In this document: positions 33,525-38,105 of the stretch, piece by piece
How positions within the stretch are numbered: the first letter of the stretch is position 1
How the letters are laid out: every line of letters begins with the position of its first letter
Assembly: GCA_946629545.1 (NCBI GenBank)
Contig: CAMOXZ010000002.1
Coordinates: 1-38,105 of the forward strand
Origin: an uncultured Bacillales bacterium
GTDB taxonomy: Bacteria; Bacillota_I; Bacilli_A; RF39; UBA660
Reading direction: 5' to 3'
DNA length: 38,105 nt
Notes under the pieces: generated by a model
What the model was told of the DNA's origin: nothing
Databases searched by the model: none
Seen by the model: only the letters and a program-made list of their open reading frames with translations
Position numbers and translations under genes: made by a program

Positions 33525-34114
33525 AACAAGAAACTAAAAAAACAGAATTAAAACAATTAGTAGAAGAGACTAAGAAAAAAGAAAGAATAAAAAAAGAAAA
33601 AGTAGATATTAAATGGCTAATCACAATAGTCATAGTAACATTTATTATCTCTTTTGGATTATCGTTTGTAGCTAATTCTACAATACCTAATTTATCTTTA
33701 ATATTTGGTATTATTATCACATTATTATTTATAGTAATAGGTATTATATTTGATATTATAGGAGTTTCCGTAACTAGTGCCGATGAAAAAGTATTCCACT
33801 CAATGGCTGCTCGTAAAGTAAAAGGTGCATCAACTGCAGTTAAACTAAAAAAGAATGCTGATAAAACAAGTAGTTTCTGCTGTGATGTAATAGGAGATAT
33901 TTGTGGAGTAATTTCAGGTGCTGCAGGTACTACAATATGTGCCATATTAGTAACTAAATATCATACAGATTTATTACTAACAGGTTTAATAATTACAGCT
34001 ATAATTTCATCATTCACAATAGGTGGAAAAGCATTAGGAAAAAGTTTTGCTATTAATAAAAGTGATATTATTCTATATGAATTTGCTAAAATTTTATCAA
34101 ATTTCTATCATTAG
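33521..34114 (+). CDS. 197-aa four-TM membrane protein with a Lys-rich N-terminal tail; DUF21/CNNM-transmembrane-like
   Basis: ATGA start/stop overlap with the upstream gene. The N-terminus is MKQETKKTELKQLVEETKKKERIKKEK. There are four hydrophobic helices. The segment TSADEKVFHSMAARKVKGASTAVKLKKNADKTSSF..GDICGVISGAAG resembles the SE.AL.S...L...G...A motif of DUF21. Confidence 0.45.
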   Translation: MKQETKKTELKQLVEETKKKERIKKEKVDIKWLITIVIVTFIISFGLSFVANSTIPNLSLIFGIIITLLFIVIGIIFDIIGVSVTSADEKVFHSMAARKVKGASTAVKLKKNADKTSSFCCDVIGDICGVISGAAGTTICAILVTKYHTDLLLTGLIITAIISSFTIGGKALGKSFAINKSDIILYEFAKILSNFYH

Positions 34115-34170
34115 TTTACAAAAAACAACTTATGTGTTATAGTAATGCACAAAACGAAAGGGAGTATTTT

Positions 34171-34839
34171 ATGGGATACAAGTTAGATGATAAAGATATC
34201 AAACTTACTGGAAAACAATGGACCAAAATAGGTACTGGTGTTAAAGGTGATGTTTATAAGTATCGTAATATGGCTTTAAAAGTATTTAAAGAAGATAGAG
34301 ATACTCCTATTGACGTTTATACTGCAGAATACTTAACAAGCATTTCAACAGATAGAATATTACTTCCACAAAATCTATTATTTTATAATAATTCATTTAA
34401 AGGTTATACATACAAACTAGTATCTAAAAGAGGATCTGGTCAAAGAATGATTATGTTACCAAAACAAGATCTAATTCAAGATATTAGAGTATTAGAAGAA
34501 GATATAAAAACATTAAGTAATAAGAGTGTATTATTAAATGGAATATCTCCAGAAAATAGTATATTTAATGGAGAACTATATTTAGTAGATCCAACAGAAT
34601 ATAGAGTATTAGAAAACTGTTCTACAAAAGAATTAGAAGAATTAAATAAATTCCAATTACACTTATTATTAACTACATTAATCTCACTAGAATTAAGAAG
34701 AAATAATTTTACTTCTAAAACAGAAAGAGATGTAAAAGAATTATTTAATTTAAGAGAAGTAGAAGAAAATAGTAGTAGATTCTTTAATGATATTATTGGT
34801 AATAATGAGTCAATAAAAGAATTTGTAAAGAAGATATAA
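34171..34839 (+). CDS. Small protein-kinase-like fold protein with an atypical catalytic loop
   Basis: GAAAGGGAG RBS before ATG 34171; the track start at 34132 has none. G-loop GTGVKG, beta3 Lys in MALKVFK, a catalytic-loop analogue LNGISPENSIF (the HRD Asp position is Gly), and YLVDP in place of DFG. Confidence 0.5.
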   Translation: MGYKLDDKDIKLTGKQWTKIGTGVKGDVYKYRNMALKVFKEDRDTPIDVYTAEYLTSISTDRILLPQNLLFYNNSFKGYTYKLVSKRGSGQRMIMLPKQDLIQDIRVLEEDIKTLSNKSVLLNGISPENSIFNGELYLVDPTEYRVLENCSTKELEELNKFQLHLLLTTLISLELRRNNFTSKTERDVKELFNLREVEENSSRFFNDIIGNNESIKEFVKKI

Positions 34840-34860
34840 TATTTAAGGAGGGTTAAGTTC

Positions 34861-35013
34861 ATGAATAAAGAACAAGTAGAAGAAATACTAAAAATGCATA
34901 ATGAACTTCTAGATGCAATGACAGAAGAAGAGAGAATACAGTTTTATGCAAAGTATGGAATGATAATAAAACCTAGAAAAGAAAATAACGAAGAAAAACC
35001 AAAGAGTAGATAA
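34861..35013 (+). CDS. 50-aa hydrophilic helical peptide, function unknown; not in the ORF track
   Basis: AAGGAGGG RBS at 34845-34852. Translation by hand: MNKEQVEEILKMHNELLDAMTEEERIQFYAKYGMIIKPRKENNEEKPKSR. A terminator follows immediately. Confidence 0.5.
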   Translation: MNKEQVEEILKMHNELLDAMTEEERIQFYAKYGMIIKPRKENNEEKPKSR

Positions 35014-35040
35014 AGACAAGAAAACTTGTCTTTTTATTTT
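35013..35040 (+). terminator. Intrinsic terminator closing the five-gene operon
   Basis: AGACAAG/CTTGTCT stem followed by TTTTTATTTT. Confidence 0.7.
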
Positions 35041-35078
35041 GTATATAGTAAAATATAATAAGTTTTGAGGTGATAAAA

Positions 35079-36668
35079 ATGATACAAGTAAGTAATGTAA
35101 GCCTAAAATTTGGAAAGAGAACACTTTTTGAAGATGTTAATTTAAAATTTACTAATGGAAACTGTTATGGTCTAATAGGAGCTAATGGTAGTGGTAAATC
35201 TACTTTCTTAAAACTATTAAGTGGAGAATTAGAAACTACTAGTGGTGAAATATCTATTACTAAAGGAGAAAGAATCTCTATCTTAAAACAAGACCATTAT
35301 GAATTTGATGATAAACGCGTAATGGATGTTGTATTAATGGGTAATACTAGATTATATGAAATAATGGTAGAAAAAGATAAGATGTATTCTCAAACAGAAT
35401 TCACTGATGAAGATGGTATGAAGTTAGCAAACTTAGAAGCTGAGTTCATGGAATTAGATGGATGGAATGCTGAAGCAGATGCTGCTACTTTATTAAATAA
35501 TTTAGGAGTAAATGAAGAATACCATTATATGGATATGAAAGATATACCAGTTAAATTAAGAGTTAAAGTATTACTTGCTCAAGCATTATTTGGTAACCCA
35601 GATATACTTCTATTAGATGAACCAACTAACTCATTAGACTTAGAAGCAATACGTTGGTTAGAAGAATTCTTAATTAATTTTAATAATACAGTAATTATAG
35701 TATCTCATGATAGATACTTCTTAAATAAAGTTTGCACACATATTGTGGATATTGATTATTCTAAAATGAAACTATATGTAGGTAACTATGATTTCTGGTA
35801 TGAATCAAGTGAATTATTACAAAAACAAATGAGAGAATCAAATAAAAAGAAAGAAGAAAAAATTAAAGAGTTACAAGCATTCATTGCAAGATTCTCAGCT
35901 AATGCATCAAAGTCTAAACAAGCCACATCTCGTAAGAAAATGCTAGAAAAGATTGAATTAGATGAAATAATTCCATCTTCAAGAAAATATCCATATATAG
36001 ATTTTAAAATAGAAAAAGAATCCGGAAAAGAAATATTAAAAGTAGAAAACTTAACTAAAGAAGTAGATGGAAAGAAAATACTAAATAAAGTAAGTTTCAC
36101 AGTATTAAAAGGTGATAAGATTTGCTTTATAGCATCTGATGACATGGTAAAAACAACACTTTTCAACATCTTAAGTGGAAAAGAAAAATATGATAAAGGA
36201 ACTATAGAGTGGGGTAAAACTATGAACCATGAATATCTTCCTCAAGATAATACAGAATACTTTAATAGTGATAAAAATATACTTGATTGGTTAGGGCAAT
36301 ACTACGATATTAAAGATGAAACAGTAACAAGAGGATTCTTAGGAAGAATGTTATTCTCGGGTGAAGATGTATTCAAAAAAGTAAATATTTTATCAGGTGG
36401 AGAAAAAGCAAGATGTATGTTATCAAAAATAATGTTACAAGAACCAAACTTCTTAATCTTAGATGAACCTACAAACCATTTAGATCTAGAAAGTATTACA
36501 TCTCTAAATAAAGGATTAGTAAACTTTAAAGGAGAAGTATTATTCACATCACGAGATTATGAATTAAATAGAACAGTAGCTAATAGAGTAATAGAAATAA
36601 AAGATGATGGAACTATTATTGATAGACCAATGACTTATGAACAATATCTAGAAGAAAGTAAAAAATAG
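35079..36668 (+). CDS. ABC-F family ATPase (two ABC cassettes, no TMD; YbiT/EttA-like translation factor class)
   Basis: Two Walker A, signature and Walker B sets (GANGSGKST, LLLDEPTN; LSGGEKARC, LILDEPTNHLD) with a charged inter-domain linker. A GAGGTG RBS favours ATG 35079. Confidence 0.88.
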   Translation: MIQVSNVSLKFGKRTLFEDVNLKFTNGNCYGLIGANGSGKSTFLKLLSGELETTSGEISITKGERISILKQDHYEFDDKRVMDVVLMGNTRLYEIMVEKDKMYSQTEFTDEDGMKLANLEAEFMELDGWNAEADAATLLNNLGVNEEYHYMDMKDIPVKLRVKVLLAQALFGNPDILLLDEPTNSLDLEAIRWLEEFLINFNNTVIIVSHDRYFLNKVCTHIVDIDYSKMKLYVGNYDFWYESSELLQKQMRESNKKKEEKIKELQAFIARFSANASKSKQATSRKKMLEKIELDEIIPSSRKYPYIDFKIEKESGKEILKVENLTKEVDGKKILNKVSFTVLKGDKICFIASDDMVKTTLFNILSGKEKYDKGTIEWGKTMNHEYLPQDNTEYFNSDKNILDWLGQYYDIKDETVTRGFLGRMLFSGEDVFKKVNILSGGEKARCMLSKIMLQEPNFLILDEPTNHLDLESITSLNKGLVNFKGEVLFTSRDYELNRTVANRVIEIKDDGTIIDRPMTYEQYLEESKK

Positions 36669-36686
36669 ATTTTTACTTTCTTTTTA
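36653..36686 (+). terminator. Intrinsic terminator after the ABC-F gene
   Basis: 12-bp stem AGAAAGTAAAAA/TTTTTACTTTCT followed by a T-run. Confidence 0.75.
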
Positions 36687-36706
36687 ATTGAATAATATTT
36701 TATATA

Positions 36707-36715
36707 TGCTATAAT
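36707..36715 (+). promoter_or_regulatory. Extended -10 (TGcTATAAT)
   Basis: Read directly, upstream of ATG 36737. Confidence 0.45.
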
Positions 36716-36736
36716 AAAGTTGAAAGAGGACTTGAT

Positions 36737-37246
36737 ATGAAAAAGAAGATATTTGGAATAATAGGAATAATACTATTGATTGTATTAATAATTATTTGTT
36801 GTTCTATTAAACCTGATGAAGACAATGAGTCATATGCAGGAGAAGAAATTATTACAAATGCAACTGCAGAAGCACTAAAAGTAAAAGAAGATGAAATGAA
36901 AGAATTTACTAGCATAAATGTTGATGAATATCTAAATATATATAATGGTGAAGAGAAAACATTAGTGTTAGTTGCAAGACCAACATGTCAGTATTGTCAG
37001 ATAGCAGAACCAATTCTTCATAATATTGCATACAAGTATAATCTAAGTATTAATTATCTAAATACTGATGAATTTCAAGAAGAAGATAGTAGTAAGTTTA
37101 TTGGATCTAATTCATTCTTTAGTAGTGGTTTTGGTACACCAATGTTATTAATAGTAAGTAATGGAAAAATAAATGATATATTTGATGGAGTTACAGATAC
37201 AAAACATTATATAGAATTTTTAAAGACTAATAGTTTTATTAAATAA
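36737..37246 (+). CDS. Membrane-anchored thioredoxin-fold protein (CxxC)
   Basis: N-terminal TM helix. The ARPTCQYCQ active-site-like motif sits in a thioredoxin-like context (TLVLVARPTCQYCQ...GTPMLLIV). Confidence 0.7.
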   Translation: MKKKIFGIIGIILLIVLIIICCSIKPDEDNESYAGEEIITNATAEALKVKEDEMKEFTSINVDEYLNIYNGEEKTLVLVARPTCQYCQIAEPILHNIAYKYNLSINYLNTDEFQEEDSSKFIGSNSFFSSGFGTPMLLIVSNGKINDIFDGVTDTKHYIEFLKTNSFIK

Positions 37247-37259
37247 AAGGAGTGATATT

Positions 37260-37706
37260 ATGGGGCAAGTATATAAAAGAGTAATGAGATTTAAAAAGAA
37301 ATATCCAAGTACAGTAGCTTGGAGATTAGAGAAGAATGCAAGTGTTATTGAAAAACATTTAAATCCAGGTGAAGAAGTTAGATATGTATTTGCAGCACAA
37401 AAGAATGATAGTATATTTAATATCTTTGAAACTGCAGTAGTATGCTTAACTACAAAAAGAATACTATTAGGAAGAAAAAGAGTATTCTTTGGTTATTTCT
37501 TAAATTCAATCACACCAGATATGTTTAATGATTTAAAAGTACAAGGTGGACTATTATGGGGTAAAGTATTCATAGATACAGTAAAAGAATATGTAATACT
37601 TTCCAATATAAGTAATGAAGCATTGACTGAAATTGAAACAGAAGTTTCTACATATATGATTGAAGAAAAGAAGAAATATGTAAATGAATTAAGTGATGGA
37701 GACTAG
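37260..37706 (+). CDS. Bacterial PH-domain-like protein (YokE/bPH-like), function unknown
   Basis: The pattern LNPGEEVRYVFAAQ...VVCLTTKRILLG...G..WGKVFIDT is typical of bPH domains. AAGGAG RBS. Confidence 0.45.
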   Translation: MGQVYKRVMRFKKKYPSTVAWRLEKNASVIEKHLNPGEEVRYVFAAQKNDSIFNIFETAVVCLTTKRILLGRKRVFFGYFLNSITPDMFNDLKVQGGLLWGKVFIDTVKEYVILSNISNEALTEIETEVSTYMIEEKKKYVNELSDGD

Positions 37707-37725
37707 AAACTAGTCTTTTTTTTTG
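37701..37725 (+). terminator. Intrinsic terminator
   Basis: GACTAG/CTAGTC stem followed by 9 T. Confidence 0.7.
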
Positions 37726-37732
37726 TTATAAT
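37724..37732 (+). promoter_or_regulatory. Extended -10 (TGtTATAAT)
   Basis: Read directly, upstream of ATG 37748. Confidence 0.45.
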
Positions 37733-37747
37733 TTAAATGGTGATAAT

Positions 37748-38105
37748 ATGGATAGAATTAAAAAAATATTTTTAGTAGTATTTCTATTAGTATTAGTCTA
37801 TTGCGGATATAGAATTCTTTATAAAGAACATGAAGTATCATATTCAATAGATAAATACAACATTAAGGAACACTTCTATATTAATAAGAATCATTACTAT
37901 GATTTCATTATCACTAAAGATAAAGAAAACTATACTTATACATTAGAAAAAAACTTTTCTAAACAAAAAAGAATAATTAAAAGTATTAAAACATTTAAAA
38001 GTAATAACTTAGTATGTATAATACCTTTTTATAAGAAAGATATGGATAAGAATATATATTGTGATTTAGATAATGAAGAAGTATCAATAGATTACTTATT
38101 AAAAA
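37748..38105 (+). CDS. Membrane-anchored hypothetical protein, 5' part (runs off the window end); not in the ORF track
   Basis: GGTGA RBS. MDRIKKIFLVVFLLVLVYCGYRILYKEHE... The frame stays open to the window end, checked codon by codon. Confidence 0.5.
   Translation, partial: MDRIKKIFLVVFLLVLVYCGYRILYKEHEVSYSIDKYNIKEHFYINKNHYYDFIITKDKENYTYTLEKNFSKQKRIIKSIKTFKSNNLVCIIPFYKKDMDKNIYCDLDNEEVSIDYLLK

Noticed and set aside
4888-34170. Longer N-terminal extensions offered by the ORF track (4888, 9635, 16338, 34132, 35070, 8595, 830).
   Set aside because: In each case an internal ATG or GTG is preceded at 5-9 nt by a GGAGG- or AGGTGA-type RBS, and the extension either overlaps the upstream gene or has no RBS.
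2925-36915. Antisense or alternative-frame shadow ORFs in the track: 2925-3179, 3261-3464, 4331-4612, 4893-5105, 6041-6298, 8391-8585, 10192-10479, 12862-13122, 17802-18107, 21812-22012, 22246-22545, 25016-25222, 27763-28026, 29409-29606, 33433-33945, 34476-34862, 34909-35124, 35786-36169, 36302-36547 and 36709-36915.
   Set aside because: Most lie within or largely overlap a convincing gene on the other strand or frame; the rest run through intergenic promoter or terminator sequence. None has an RBS, and their translations are low-complexity (F/S/I/L-rich mirrors of K/E/N-rich genes).
1-38105. CRISPR arrays, insertion sequences, transposases, integrases, prophage genes and rRNA.
   Set aside because: I found no regularly spaced direct repeats, no terminal inverted repeats flanking an ORF, and no recombinase-like proteins among the translated ORFs.

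Overview
This is an AT-rich chromosomal segment from a spore-forming Firmicute (Bacillota); the cotJ spore-coat operon and the Gram-positive gene set support that assignment. Genes are tightly packed, mostly on the + strand, and usually separated by clear hairpin plus T-run terminators. Promoters are often of the TGnTATAAT (extended -10) type. Most genes are housekeeping: gpmI (5' truncated by the window edge), an HtrA-like protease, archaeal-type proS, typA/bipA, rpmB, dnaE, lspA, a CDF transporter, glmS, cotJB/cotJC, a Sir2 deacylase and an ABC-F ATPase. There are two singleton tRNA genes, Gly-UCC on + and His-GUG on -. I saw no rRNA, CRISPR array, transposase, integrase or prophage genes. 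The standout is 30781-31444. It is a roughly 630-nt stretch with no credible ORF and clearly higher G+C than its surroundings. It has a near-consensus promoter, its own intrinsic terminator and several nested helices, so I read it as a large structured non-coding RNA that I cannot assign to a family by eye. Directly downstream lies a tight five-gene operon of uncharacterised proteins (31475-35013): an acidic protein, a HopA1/LanKC-N-like protein, a 4-TM DUF21-like membrane protein with a basic tail, an atypical kinase-like protein and a 50-aa peptide. Secondary curiosities are a Fic protein with a degenerate active-site motif next to a HerA-like ATPase, a stand-alone Clp D1-type AAA+ module paired with a zinc-ribbon membrane protein, an orphan P-loop ATPase next to tRNA-Gly, a CotJA-like/CotJB fusion, glmS without a ribozyme leader, and a DnaE lacking the PHP histidines.
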